NCBI GenBank assembly: GCA_965659975.1 | Contig: CBFHYD010000001.1 | Coordinates: 1,241-65,240 of the forward strand | DNA: 64,000 nucleotides | Direction of reading: 5' to 3' | Source: Winogradskyella sp. | GTDB taxonomy: Bacteria; Bacteroidota; Bacteroidia; Flavobacteriales; Flavobacteriaceae | Part shown: piece by piece, positions 27,873-37,520 of the stretch | Position numbering within the stretch: position 1 is the stretch's first letter | Layout of the letters: each line of letters begins with the position of its first letter | Made by a program: the position numbers and the translations under genes | The notes under the pieces: model-generated | Seen by the model: only the letters and a program-made list of their open reading frames with translations | The model's database searches: none | Told to the model about the DNA's origin: nothing

Positions 27873-29435
27873 ATGACAAATAAAATGAGGACTAAATATT
27901 TCATTTTCCTATCCCTTTTGGTTTTTGGCTTTACTATTCAGGCTCAAATTGAAGAAAAGCAACTCGACGAACTCATCCAAAAAACCTTAACGACGTTTGA
28001 TGTCCCTGGTATTTCTGTTGGGATTCTTAAAGACAATCAAATCATCTATTCCCGAGGTTTTGGTGTACGATCGTTGAACACCCAAAAACCAATGAATGCT
28101 GAGACCAAAGTAGGTGTTGCTTCTAATAGTAAAGGCTTTACCTGTTTTGCATTGGCGATGTTGGTCGATGAAGGAAAACTCAATTGGGATGATAAAGTGA
28201 GGAAACATATTCCAGAATTTCAGTTGCATGATCCTTATGTAACCGAAGCATTTACGGTCCGTGATTTAGTAACACATCGTAGTGGATTAGGATTAGGCAC
28301 AGGAGATTTAATGTTCTTCCCAGAAGGCAGCGATTTTACAGTTCAGGATATTATAGATAACCAGAAATATTTAGAGTCTCAGAGTAAATTCCGCACAGAT
28401 TTTAGATACAATAACAACATGTACATTATTGCTGGTGAAGTTTTAGAGCGTGTTAGCGGAATGTCTTGGGAAGAGTTTATCGAAAACCGCATTATGAAAC
28501 CTGTTGGAATGGTAAATAGTAAGGCGTCTTACAATCGTGTCAAAGACAAATCCAATATCATAGAAGCACACGTCAGAACTGAAGGAAGGGTAATTCAAAT
28601 TCCGCATGATTGGAGTGAAACTGCCAATGCTGCTGGTGGTATTGTAAGCAACGTTAGAGATATGCTCACATGGGCACAGTTTCTTATGAATGACGCTGTA
28701 ACCGTGGATGATACACGTCTTTTGAGCAAGGAACAATTTCACCAATTATGGCAATTGCAAACGCCGTTAAATGTACGCCCAGGCGATTGGTACGATTCAA
28801 ATTTTAGAGGCTACGGATTGGGTTGGTTTGTCACGGATGTCAAAGGTGGACATAAGCAAGTTTATCATACAGGTGGTTTGTTAGGGACGGTGACGCAGTT
28901 TACCATGATTCCTGATTTGGACTTAGCTATAGTGGTGTTGACAAATCAGATGATTGGTTCGGCTTTTAATACAATTACAAATACCATTAAAGATTCTTAT
29001 TTAGGTTACGAAAGCAGAAATTGGCTTGGGATGTATGGCAAGCGAAATGACGATTTTATTAAGTATAATGACAGTATAAAATCTGCTGTTTACAGTCAAG
29101 TAAAGTCCATGAAGGGCATCAAAGTATTGCCGCAACCAGAACAAATCACAGGTACGTATAAAGACAATTGGTTTGGGAATATGACCATTACGCATAATGG
29201 TTCTGATTATACGATAAAGAGTGAACGTAATCCACAAATCAAAGGACAATTGCTACCATACTCAGCAACAAGTTATGTGGCCAAATGGGACAACCGAAGT
29301 TTCGATGCTGATGTGTTTGTCAACTTTGTTTTTGATGAAACTAGGAAAGCACAATCAGCAACCCTAAAGTTTGTAGCACCCATAACAGATTTTAGTTTCG
29401 ATTTTGAAGATTTAGAACTCATCAAGGTAGACTAA
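27873..29435 (+). CDS. Serine hydrolase, beta-lactamase class C/PBP-like, with C-terminal DUF3471-like domain
   Basis: ASNSK (SxxK), YNN, HTGG, signal peptide. Confidence 0.88.
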   Translation: MTNKMRTKYFIFLSLLVFGFTIQAQIEEKQLDELIQKTLTTFDVPGISVGILKDNQIIYSRGFGVRSLNTQKPMNAETKVGVASNSKGFTCFALAMLVDEGKLNWDDKVRKHIPEFQLHDPYVTEAFTVRDLVTHRSGLGLGTGDLMFFPEGSDFTVQDIIDNQKYLESQSKFRTDFRYNNNMYIIAGEVLERVSGMSWEEFIENRIMKPVGMVNSKASYNRVKDKSNIIEAHVRTEGRVIQIPHDWSETANAAGGIVSNVRDMLTWAQFLMNDAVTVDDTRLLSKEQFHQLWQLQTPLNVRPGDWYDSNFRGYGLGWFVTDVKGGHKQVYHTGGLLGTVTQFTMIPDLDLAIVVLTNQMIGSAFNTITNTIKDSYLGYESRNWLGMYGKRNDDFIKYNDSIKSAVYSQVKSMKGIKVLPQPEQITGTYKDNWFGNMTITHNGSDYTIKSERNPQIKGQLLPYSATSYVAKWDNRSFDADVFVNFVFDETRKAQSATLKFVAPITDFSFDFEDLELIKVD

Positions 29436-30748
29436 TGGACATAAAACGTAAGGAACTATTAGTCACGAGCTTTGCGCTATTCTCGTTATTTTTTGGTGCT
29501 GGCAATTTATTATTGCCGCCATTATTAGGTTATAACGCAGGCGAAAACTGGTTTTGGGTAAGCATTGGATTTATGATTACTGCAGTGCTTATTCCCATTT
29601 TAGGAATTTTGGCACATGCCAAATTGCAAGGCACGATGTACGACTTTGCAAAGAAAGTTGCGCCTTGGTTTAGTTCGGTATATTGTGTGGTGGTCTATCT
29701 TATTTCGGTAGCTATTCCATCACCAAGAACAGCATCTGCCACGCACGAAATTGCTATTTATCCAGCATTTGGGACATCACCACTACTTACAAGTACCATT
29801 TACTTTGTATTGGTTTTGATTTTTGTGCTTAATCGTTCAAAAATTCTGAATCTTATCGGGAAGTACCTCACACCTTTTATTGTCCTTATGCTATTAGCGG
29901 TAATAGGTATTGGATTAACATCCTCGAGTCTAACTACTGGAAATTCGGTATTTGAGACGCCTATGGTTTTAGGTATTCTTGAAGGTTACCAAACCTTTGA
30001 TGCCATTGGTGCTGTGGTTGTCGGTGCTGTAATTATTGTGTCTCTGAACTTTAGTACCATGCAAGTCAGTAAGTTTGAATCTAAGCGCAAATTGATAAGA
30101 CAATCTGGTTTTATTGCTGGTTCTGTACTGTTTGTAATTTATGCTGGACTCATTGCCGTAGGCGCTTATTTTGGATCGGATATTACCGTAGATAGTACCT
30201 TAAGTAACGATATGCAACGGGCTAATTTGTTGAGAGGCATAAGTATCGCCGCTTTAGGGAATTTTGGAAACACAGTTTTAAGTATCCTTATTTCTTTGGC
30301 CTGTTTTACAACTGCGGTTGGGATTGTTGCTGGAACGGCAGATTATTTTAGAGGCTTATTTAATAAATCAAATACTGTTTTTGTGGTAACTGCGATTGTA
30401 GCATGTTTAGTTGGTATTGGAGTTGGTCAGTTAGACTTTCACTCTATAATAATTATCGCATATCCAATTCTATTATTTATCTATCCAATCACCATTGTGC
30501 TTATTATTCTCAATGTGTTGCCTGAACGCTATGCATCAGAATTGGTATTTAGAGCTGTTGTGATTGTTACCTTTTTATTCAGTATTCCAGATGTCATTGG
30601 GTTTGTGAGTCCTTCTGAAAGTTTAGAGACGTTCATCATTTATACTCCTTTAGCCAAACATAGTTTGGGTTGGGTATTGCCAGCGATAGCTACACTTATT
30701 GTGTTGAATCTAATTCCTAATTCTACAGCTAAGCATTCAAATCCTTAA
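29435..30748 (+). CDS. brnQ: Branched-chain amino acid:cation symporter BrnQ
   Basis: FSLFFGAGNLLLPP, GYQTFDAIGA, LACFTTAVG; about 12 TM segments. Confidence 0.92.
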   Translation: MDIKRKELLVTSFALFSLFFGAGNLLLPPLLGYNAGENWFWVSIGFMITAVLIPILGILAHAKLQGTMYDFAKKVAPWFSSVYCVVVYLISVAIPSPRTASATHEIAIYPAFGTSPLLTSTIYFVLVLIFVLNRSKILNLIGKYLTPFIVLMLLAVIGIGLTSSSLTTGNSVFETPMVLGILEGYQTFDAIGAVVVGAVIIVSLNFSTMQVSKFESKRKLIRQSGFIAGSVLFVIYAGLIAVGAYFGSDITVDSTLSNDMQRANLLRGISIAALGNFGNTVLSILISLACFTTAVGIVAGTADYFRGLFNKSNTVFVVTAIVACLVGIGVGQLDFHSIIIIAYPILLFIYPITIVLIILNVLPERYASELVFRAVVIVTFLFSIPDVIGFVSPSESLETFIIYTPLAKHSLGWVLPAIATLIVLNLIPNSTAKHSNP

Positions 30749-30866
30749 TGGCTGAAAAGGCTTGATCTACCAAATGGCTTTCTACTAAAACGGTGAATTC
30801 GTTAGTAGTAGATTTCACTTCGTAGAGTGAAATACCTTGGGTTTTTTGTAAGATGGTTTGTGGCAT
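30729..30866 (-). pseudogene. 3' remnant of a Bacteroidetes aspartate-kinase-like ACT-domain gene, fused to an unrelated 5' stub
   Basis: Manual translation MPQTILQKTQGISLYEVKSTTNEFTVLVESHLVDQAFSAIKDLNA*; GISLYEV.STTNEFT is recalled as the C-terminus of that family. Confidence 0.55.
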
Positions 30867-30918
30867 GGTGGTGAGATTAGTCCACTAAAGCTATAGAAAA
30901 AACAAGTGCTTTACAACA

Positions 30919-31205
30919 CTAATCGCCAAAACTTATCCGATCTCGGATGCCACCACTTTCGCGATGGATAATCACATCTGCTTTTTTGCGCATGGCCAGA
31001 ACCTTGGCCTTGTTAATGGCGGTACTTTGCTTGCGGTGTTTAGAGGTAATGCGTTTATTGCCTTCGCGTCGCACGGCCCAACCATCTTCGTAAGGTACTA
31101 CATGTTGGTGCCAAGTCCTTTTTTATTGGATTTGCTAAAGGCTTCAAGGATTACCTTAATGATATCGGTAATAGCATTAATCCAGGATTTTGAGGAGTTG
31201 CTCAT
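30919..31205 (-). pseudogene. DUF2188 family gene frameshifted in an A6 tract
   Basis: MSNSSKSWINAITDIIK...SNKK, then +1 A gives RTWHQHVVPYEDGWAVRREGNKR...IIHRESGGIRDRISFGD*; T6 run at 31119-31124. Confidence 0.8.
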
Positions 31206-31209
31206 CGGT

Positions 31210-32502
31210 TTAGCTATTCATCAAATCCTCAATCTCTTCAACCTCAATTGGGATATTACGCATTAAGTTAAATGGTTCACCGCTTTCTTGGATAACCACA
31301 TCGTCTTCCAAGCGGATGCCAAAACCTTCATCTGGGATATAAATTCCAGGTTCTACCGTAAAGACCATATTGGCTTGCATTGGTTCGTGTAATAAACCAT
31401 AATCGTGCGTGTCTAAACCGATATGGTGGCTTGTACCGTGCATAAAGTATTTTTTGTAGGCTGGCCAATCTGGATTTTCGTTTTGTACATCGGCTTTATC
31501 TAATAAACCAAGACCTAATAATTCAGACGTCATGAGTTTGCCAACCTCGACATGATAAGCTTCCCAAAGTGTTCCTGGCACTAAGAGTTTTGTAGCTTCT
31601 TCTTTCACACAATTAACTGCATTGTACACCGCTTTTTGTCGGTCGGTAAATCGGCCACTTACAGGAATGGTACGACTCATATCACTAGAGTAATTGGCAT
31701 ACTCTGCACCAACATCCATAAGAATAAGATCGCCAGCTTTGCATTGCTGATTGTTTTCGATATAATGTAAAACATTGGCGTTATTGCCTGAGGCAATAAT
31801 AGGTGTATAGGCAAATCCTTTAGAGCGATTGTTGAGGAACTCGTGCATGAATTCAGCCTCAATATTATACTCCCAAACATCTGGTTTTACAAAATTAAGC
31901 ACACGACGAAAGCCTTTTTCGGTGATGTCACATGCTTTTTGCATGATGTCCAGTTCAACTTTATCTTTTACAGAACGTAAACGTTGTAGAATTGGGTTGC
32001 TCTTGGCAACACTGTGTGCTGGGTATTTATTTTTTAGCCATTTGGTAAAACGGTCTTCGCGCGTTTCGGTTTCTACATTGGCACGGTAATGTTCGTTAGT
32101 ATTGATATACACAGTGTCACACTGCGTCATTAGCTCAAACATAACCTTTTCCATGTCTTGTAACCAATACACGGTTTTAACGCCAGAAGTTTCAAAGGCT
32201 TTTTCTTTGGTGAGTTTTTCACCTTCCCAAACTGCAATATGTTCGTTGGTCTCTTTTAGGAATAAAATCTCACGGTGTTTTTCTTTTGGGCAATCCGGAA
32301 AAATAACCAAGATACTTTCTTCTTGGTCTACACCACTTAGATAGAAGATATCTCGGTGCTGTGCAAAAGGTAAAGTACTATCGGCACTTACAGGATAAAT
32401 ATCATTAGAGTTAAATACCGCCAAGCTGTTAGCTTGCATTGCCGAGGCAAAGTTTTTTCTATTTTTTATAAAGAGGTTACGATCTATTGGGTTGTACTTC
32501 AT
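31210..32502 (-). CDS. pepP: Xaa-Pro aminopeptidase (aminopeptidase P, M24B)
   Basis: DVGAEYANYSSD, HGTSHHIGLDTHD, TVEPGIY, GIRLEDD; start MKYNPID, since the longer ORF start lies inside a REP element. Confidence 0.92.
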   Translation of the reverse strand: MKYNPIDRNLFIKNRKNFASAMQANSLAVFNSNDIYPVSADSTLPFAQHRDIFYLSGVDQEESILVIFPDCPKEKHREILFLKETNEHIAVWEGEKLTKEKAFETSGVKTVYWLQDMEKVMFELMTQCDTVYINTNEHYRANVETETREDRFTKWLKNKYPAHSVAKSNPILQRLRSVKDKVELDIMQKACDITEKGFRRVLNFVKPDVWEYNIEAEFMHEFLNNRSKGFAYTPIIASGNNANVLHYIENNQQCKAGDLILMDVGAEYANYSSDMSRTIPVSGRFTDRQKAVYNAVNCVKEEATKLLVPGTLWEAYHVEVGKLMTSELLGLGLLDKADVQNENPDWPAYKKYFMHGTSHHIGLDTHDYGLLHEPMQANMVFTVEPGIYIPDEGFGIRLEDDVVIQESGEPFNLMRNIPIEVEEIEDLMNS

Positions 32503-32526
32503 CGGGAATTTATTTTCATTTCTACC

Positions 32527-32623
32527 TGTCACACTGAGCTTTGCCTGTCCTGAGCGGAGTCGAAGGGTCGAAGTGCCCACATAAATTGGGATTCGATAGC
32601 TTTCGACTCCGCTCAAGCTGACA
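32527..32623. repeat. Nested REP-like palindromic element (flavobacterial GTCxxxCTGAGC...GTCGAAG type)
   Basis: GTCACACTGAGC...GTCGAAGTG unit interrupted by CCTGTCCTGAGCGGAGTCGAAGG, then the inverted copy TTCGACTCCGCTC; 13-bp perfect stem 32552-32564/32602-32614. Confidence 0.78.
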
Positions 32624-32670
32624 AATGGGTAAATTTATTACTTCCTCAAAAATACCAAATCAATAGGCAT

Positions 32671-32704
32671 AAAAAAAGCAATCTTTTGTAAAGACTGCTT
32701 TTTT
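32671..32704. terminator. Intrinsic terminator
   Basis: AAAAAAAGCAATCTTT-TGT-AAAGACTGCTTTTTT. Confidence 0.75.
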
Positions 32705-32724
32705 AAAAAGATGTGTATGTTACC

Positions 32725-33024
32725 TTATTTGGCCATGGCCTTTTTAACGACACCAATTATGGCCATTAAAATTCCACCGCCAACACCACCGCCAGCGACA
32801 TTACCGAGAATACTTGTGAGGTCCATACTCGTCGATGCTTCTGCTGCAGCAACACCGCCAAGGCCTAACATAGATAAGACTTGACCGCCTAAACCACCAC
32901 CGAGGATACCGGCTACGGAATTCCATAATGTTCCTAATGAGGAACCTTTCATTAATTTACCAGCTATGTTGCCACCAACGGCACCACTTACGAGCTGAAT
33001 AATTAGAGGTAAATACTCTCCTAT
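32725..33024 (-). CDS. Glycine-rich small membrane protein; apparent start codon ATA
   Basis: Frame stays open upstream of the called Met: (ATA)GEYLPLIIQLVSGAVGGNIAGKLMKGSSLG... Confidence 0.6.
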   Translation of the reverse strand: MGEYLPLIIQLVSGAVGGNIAGKLMKGSSLGTLWNSVAGILGGGLGGQVLSMLGLGGVAAAEASTSMDLTSILGNVAGGGVGGGILMAIIGVVKKAMAK

Positions 33025-33217
33025 AATATTGATTTTATTAGTTAGTTCGCTAAAAATAATAAATAATGAAATAAAACTGTTAAAAAATGAAGGACATTAT
33101 TAATATTTAATAAATGAATTGTTGATAACGCAATTAAAGCATCCTGTTAAACTTTTATTAGCAATTTTGAAGCTCAAGCCATAATAGTTACTTTCATAGC
33201 TCTAAAAACAAACCATA

Positions 33218-36061
33218 ATGAATCATTCGAAAGTCTTCGGGTTTTTATTAAGCCTTTTTTCAATTTCTCTTTTTGCACAACAACCTGCAACATCAGCAGA
33301 CATTGTAAAACAAGCATTGGCTCAAAAACAGCAAATGCATGAAACCTCTTTGGTGAAAAATGTACCGTTTAAAAATATTGGGCCAACGATAATGAGTGGC
33401 CGTGTTGTCGATGTCGATGTGAATCCAGATATGCCGTCAGAGTTTTATGTCGGTTACGCTTCTGGAGGTGTTTGGCACACAAACAATAACGGGACAACCT
33501 TTAATCCCATATTAGATTCGTCAGACACTCAAAACGTGGGTGACATTGCTGTGCATTGGCCAACCAGAACCATTTATGTAGGTACTGGAGAAAACAATGC
33601 ATCACGATCGTCTTACGCCGGAATTGGTATTTTAAAATCGACTGACAACGGTAAGACTTGGGAAAATATGGGACTTATGGATGCGCATCATTTTGCGCCG
33701 ATTTTGATTCACCCAGATAATCCAGATGTTGTTACAGTTGGCGTTACAGGTCATTTATATTCTGCCAATAACCAACGCGGTGTTTATAAAACTACTGATG
33801 GTGGTAGGACTTGGAAACAGACCTTATTTGTAAATGATATGAGTGGTATTATTGATTTACAAGTCAACCCAAATAATTACAACACCATGTTTGCCACCTC
33901 ATGGACTAAGGATCGTAAGGCTTGGAATTTTACAGGTAATGGAAGCAACTCAGCCATTTATAAAAGTACAGATGCTGGCGAATCTTGGACCAAAGTATCC
34001 ACTGAGAAAAGTGGTTTCCCAACTGGTGAAGGCGTTGGCCGAATTGGTATCGCTGTTTTTGATGACAATACGGTTTATGCAATTCACGATAGTCAGTTTA
34101 GACGACCAGATACGGGCAAATCTTCTGATAAACGCGGATTAGAAAAAGATGATTTTAAAACCATGTCTACTGCGGAATTTTTGGCATTAGATGATAAAAA
34201 GCTGAATCGATTTCTTAAGACCAACGGTTTCCAGGAAAAATACCGTGCCGAAAATGTAAAGCAAATGGTTCGTAGCGGCAATGTGAAACCAATAGATTTG
34301 GCCAAATATCTCGAGGATGCCAATTCATTATTATTTGATACACCAGTTGTTGGAGCAGAAATTTATAAAAGTACCGATGGCGGACAAAGTTGGTCAAAAA
34401 CGCACGTCGATTATTTGGATGGTATCTATTTTAGTTATGGCTATTATTTTGGACATATTCATGTCTCTCCAGCAGATGCCAATCATATCTATATTTATGG
34501 TGTACCTATTTTAAAATCCAAAGATGGTGGAAAATCCTTTTCATCTATCAGTGCAGAAAATGTGCATGCAGATCATCATGCGCTTTGGATTAATCCAAAA
34601 AACCCAAATCATTTGGTTAATGGAAATGATGGCGGTGTGAATATTACTTATGACGATGGTGAGAATTGGATAAAAAATAACTCACCGTCAGTTGGGCAGT
34701 TTTATGCGATTAATGTTGACAACGAATCGCCTTATAATGTGTATGGTGGATTACAAGATAATGGCGTTTGGAAAGGTGCAAATAATGCCCGTGAAAATAA
34801 AGCATGGCATCAGCAAGGTCAGTATCCTTGGGAATCTATTATGGGTGGCGATGGTATGCAAATTCAGATTGATAATCGAGATGTTAATACCGTCTATACA
34901 GGATATCAGTTTGGAAATTATTTTAGACTCAATCTGGAAACAGGCGAGCAAACTTACATTCAGCCGAAGCATACTTTAGGGGAAAACCCATACCGTTTTA
35001 ATTGGCAAACGCCGATTTTATTATCACCACACAATCAAGACATTCTTTATCTCGGAGGTAATAAATTAATGCGAAGTATGAATCAAGGTGACGATTGGGA
35101 AGCCATAAGTGCAGACTTGACTAACGGCGGAAGAAGAGGAAATGTAGCTTATGGTACAATTTCAACCATTAGTGAAAGTCCATTTAAATTCGGGTTGATT
35201 TACGTTGGTAGTGACGATGGATTAGTGAATGTGACTAAGGATGCTGGTGGTAGCTGGACAACGATTTCAAGTTCCTTTCCTAAAGATTTATGGGTAAGTC
35301 GTGTTGTAGCCTCGAAGCATAAGAAACAACGCGTGTATGTAACGCTCAATGGCTATCGTTGGGACGACTTCAGCGTTTATGCATATATGAGTGACGATTA
35401 TGGTAAGACTTGGACCGGTATCAGCGGCAATATTCCTGCGTCTCCAGTTAATGTCATCGCCGAAGATTCTGAAAATGAAAACATCTTGTATTTAGGTACA
35501 GATAACGGTGCTTACGTGTCTTTTGACAATGGTAAAAATTGGGACTTATTTTCAAGTGGTGTCCCGAATGTTGCTGTGCATGATATTGTGATTCAGCCAA
35601 AGGCGAAAGACTTATTATTGGGTACACATGGGCGTAGTATTTACAAAGCTAATATTGCGCCACTACAAGGCATGAATGAAAAGGTGATGTCATCGCCGAT
35701 TACTATGTTTGATATGCAACCAATGCGTCATTCATCGCGTTGGGGAAGCTCTTGGAGCAAGTGGCTCGATGCTTACGAACCAGAGACAACTATAAAGTTT
35801 TTCAGTAATTCTGCAGGAAGTAAATCCATTAAAGTTCTTTCACAAAATGGCACCGAACTTAATACAATCAAGGTGAATGCCGACAAAGGATTCAACTACG
35901 TGGATTATAATTTAGAGATAACCGAAAAAGGTCGTAAAGCTTTACTAAAAGAAGATACTTCGATTGACATAAACATAGCCAGTAATGGAAAATATTTTTT
36001 ACCAAAAGGCGTTTACACGATAAAGTTGGGAGATGCAAAAACTCAGTTGGAGATAAAGTAA
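33218..36061 (+). CDS. VPS10/sortilin-like BNR-repeat protein (annotated glycosyl hydrolase family)
   Basis: GPTIMSGRVVD, repeated S.D.G.TW BNR motifs, HADHHALWI, GGLQDNG, GGDG, GTHGRS. Confidence 0.88.
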   Translation: MNHSKVFGFLLSLFSISLFAQQPATSADIVKQALAQKQQMHETSLVKNVPFKNIGPTIMSGRVVDVDVNPDMPSEFYVGYASGGVWHTNNNGTTFNPILDSSDTQNVGDIAVHWPTRTIYVGTGENNASRSSYAGIGILKSTDNGKTWENMGLMDAHHFAPILIHPDNPDVVTVGVTGHLYSANNQRGVYKTTDGGRTWKQTLFVNDMSGIIDLQVNPNNYNTMFATSWTKDRKAWNFTGNGSNSAIYKSTDAGESWTKVSTEKSGFPTGEGVGRIGIAVFDDNTVYAIHDSQFRRPDTGKSSDKRGLEKDDFKTMSTAEFLALDDKKLNRFLKTNGFQEKYRAENVKQMVRSGNVKPIDLAKYLEDANSLLFDTPVVGAEIYKSTDGGQSWSKTHVDYLDGIYFSYGYYFGHIHVSPADANHIYIYGVPILKSKDGGKSFSSISAENVHADHHALWINPKNPNHLVNGNDGGVNITYDDGENWIKNNSPSVGQFYAINVDNESPYNVYGGLQDNGVWKGANNARENKAWHQQGQYPWESIMGGDGMQIQIDNRDVNTVYTGYQFGNYFRLNLETGEQTYIQPKHTLGENPYRFNWQTPILLSPHNQDILYLGGNKLMRSMNQGDDWEAISADLTNGGRRGNVAYGTISTISESPFKFGLIYVGSDDGLVNVTKDAGGSWTTISSSFPKDLWVSRVVASKHKKQRVYVTLNGYRWDDFSVYAYMSDDYGKTWTGISGNIPASPVNVIAEDSENENILYLGTDNGAYVSFDNGKNWDLFSSGVPNVAVHDIVIQPKAKDLLLGTHGRSIYKANIAPLQGMNEKVMSSPITMFDMQPMRHSSRWGSSWSKWLDAYEPETTIKFFSNSAGSKSIKVLSQNGTELNTIKVNADKGFNYVDYNLEITEKGRKALLKEDTSIDINIASNGKYFLPKGVYTIKLGDAKTQLEIK

Positions 36062-36171
36062 TATTCTCTTTAGCATTATTATTAACCAAAATTTGTTAAA
36101 ACAAACTAAAATATAGGGCATAGCGTTTTGTAAGTGATTAGGTTTGTGAATCTATCAATCATTAGGAGTCT

Positions 36172-37422
36172 ATGCTTTATCGTTATTTTTTAGCACTATT
36201 TCTTTTTGCGACTCTATTCTCTTACTCTCAAGAAACATCTAATGAAGAAGTCAAGATTTTTTTAGACTGTGGTCGATGTGATCAAGAATTCTTAAGACAG
36301 AACTTGGGTAATGTTCAGTTTGTGCGTGACCAAGACTTAGGCGATGTGCATATTTTTGTGGTGACACAACGCAATGGTGCTGGCGGCCGAAGTTTTGAGA
36401 TGGATTTTATAGGAAAGAAAGATCTTGAGGCTATCAATTACAAGCTCACCTTTTCTACCGATGCGAATATGACACGCGACGAAGAACGTCGCCGTGTTAT
36501 GGAATATCTCAAATTGGGCTTGGTGCGTTTTTGGATTGCACGTGGGACTTTGGATGAGGTCGTTGTTAGCGTACCGTCACCAGAAAATGAAGAAGTAAAA
36601 GAAGAGGAAAAAGATCCTTGGGATTATTGGCTGTTTAGTGTTGGTGCCAATGGCTTTTTTAATGGGCAAGAATTAAGCAGCAGAAGTAACATTAATTTTA
36701 ATGCATCTGCACGACGCGTTACTGAGAAGAATAAATTTAGATTCTTTGCACGTTATGGTGAAAACAGATCTACATTCACCTTTATCAATGAAAATGACGA
36801 GGAAGAAGATTTCAAAGTTTTTAATAATAACAAGCGAATTAACGTAAGTGATATTCTCAGTATAAACGATCATTGGTCTTATGGATTCTTTGGTAGTGTA
36901 GGAACATCAACCTTTAGTAATTTTGATTTGTTCTGGACGTTTAGACCAGCGATTGAATACAGTTTCTTTGATTACGTAGATTCAGCAAAAAAGCAATTGA
37001 CTATTTCCTACAGAAACGGTATCAGGTATAATGACTACATCGAGAGTACTGTTTTTGGAGAAGATGCTGAGTGTTTTTGGGAACATGGAGTGCAACTAGG
37101 TGGACGTATCAATCAAGAATGGGGAAATCTAAATGCTGAGGTATCCTTTAATCAGTTTTTGGATGACACATCATTGTATGCTGTAAACTTCTTTTTAGGA
37201 ACGAATGTCCGCTTGTTCAAAGGATTTAATTTTAATGTAAGCGGTAGTTATTCAATTACACGAAACCAGGTGAATATACCTGGTGGCGACTTATCTGTAG
37301 AAGAATTACTATTGCAGCAACAGCAGCTACAATCGGGCTTTGATTACTTTGTAAGTGTAGGATTTAATTATGCCTTTGGATCCATCTACAACACGATTGT
37401 AAATCCACGTTTTGATTTTTAA
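36172..37422 (+). CDS. Hypothetical outer-membrane beta-barrel protein
   Basis: Signal peptide, FLDCGRCD N-domain, amphipathic strands, C-terminal FGSIYNTIVNPRFDF. Confidence 0.72.
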   Translation: MLYRYFLALFLFATLFSYSQETSNEEVKIFLDCGRCDQEFLRQNLGNVQFVRDQDLGDVHIFVVTQRNGAGGRSFEMDFIGKKDLEAINYKLTFSTDANMTRDEERRRVMEYLKLGLVRFWIARGTLDEVVVSVPSPENEEVKEEEKDPWDYWLFSVGANGFFNGQELSSRSNINFNASARRVTEKNKFRFFARYGENRSTFTFINENDEEEDFKVFNNNKRINVSDILSINDHWSYGFFGSVGTSTFSNFDLFWTFRPAIEYSFFDYVDSAKKQLTISYRNGIRYNDYIESTVFGEDAECFWEHGVQLGGRINQEWGNLNAEVSFNQFLDDTSLYAVNFFLGTNVRLFKGFNFNVSGSYSITRNQVNIPGGDLSVEELLLQQQQLQSGFDYFVSVGFNYAFGSIYNTIVNPRFDF

Positions 37423-37439
37423 TTAAAACCATTCTAAAT
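37421..37439. promoter_or_regulatory. Putative Fur box upstream of the sdhC promoter
   Basis: Minus strand ATTTAGA-ATGGT-TTTAATT (12/14 arm positions). Confidence 0.5.
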
Positions 37440-37450
37440 AAGTATATACA

Positions 37451-37470
37451 TATTGCCATAGTTGGCAATA
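37451..37470. promoter_or_regulatory. Perfect palindrome overlapping the -33 region of sdhC (candidate operator)
   Basis: TATTGCCA-TAGT-TGGCAATA; no U-tract on either strand. Confidence 0.5.
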
Positions 37471-37484
37471 AAACGTTTGCGCAG

Positions 37485-37492
37485 TATCTTTG
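37485..37492 (+). promoter_or_regulatory. -7 promoter element of the sdh operon
   Basis: TATCTTTG, 28 nt before the ATG. Confidence 0.65.
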
Positions 37493-37520
37493 TAGGAATA
37501 ATTAAAAGTTATATTCTACA

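Noticed and set aside
30964-31266. 100-aa plus-strand ORF
   Set aside because: Antisense shadow of the frameshifted DUF2188 gene and the pepP 3' end
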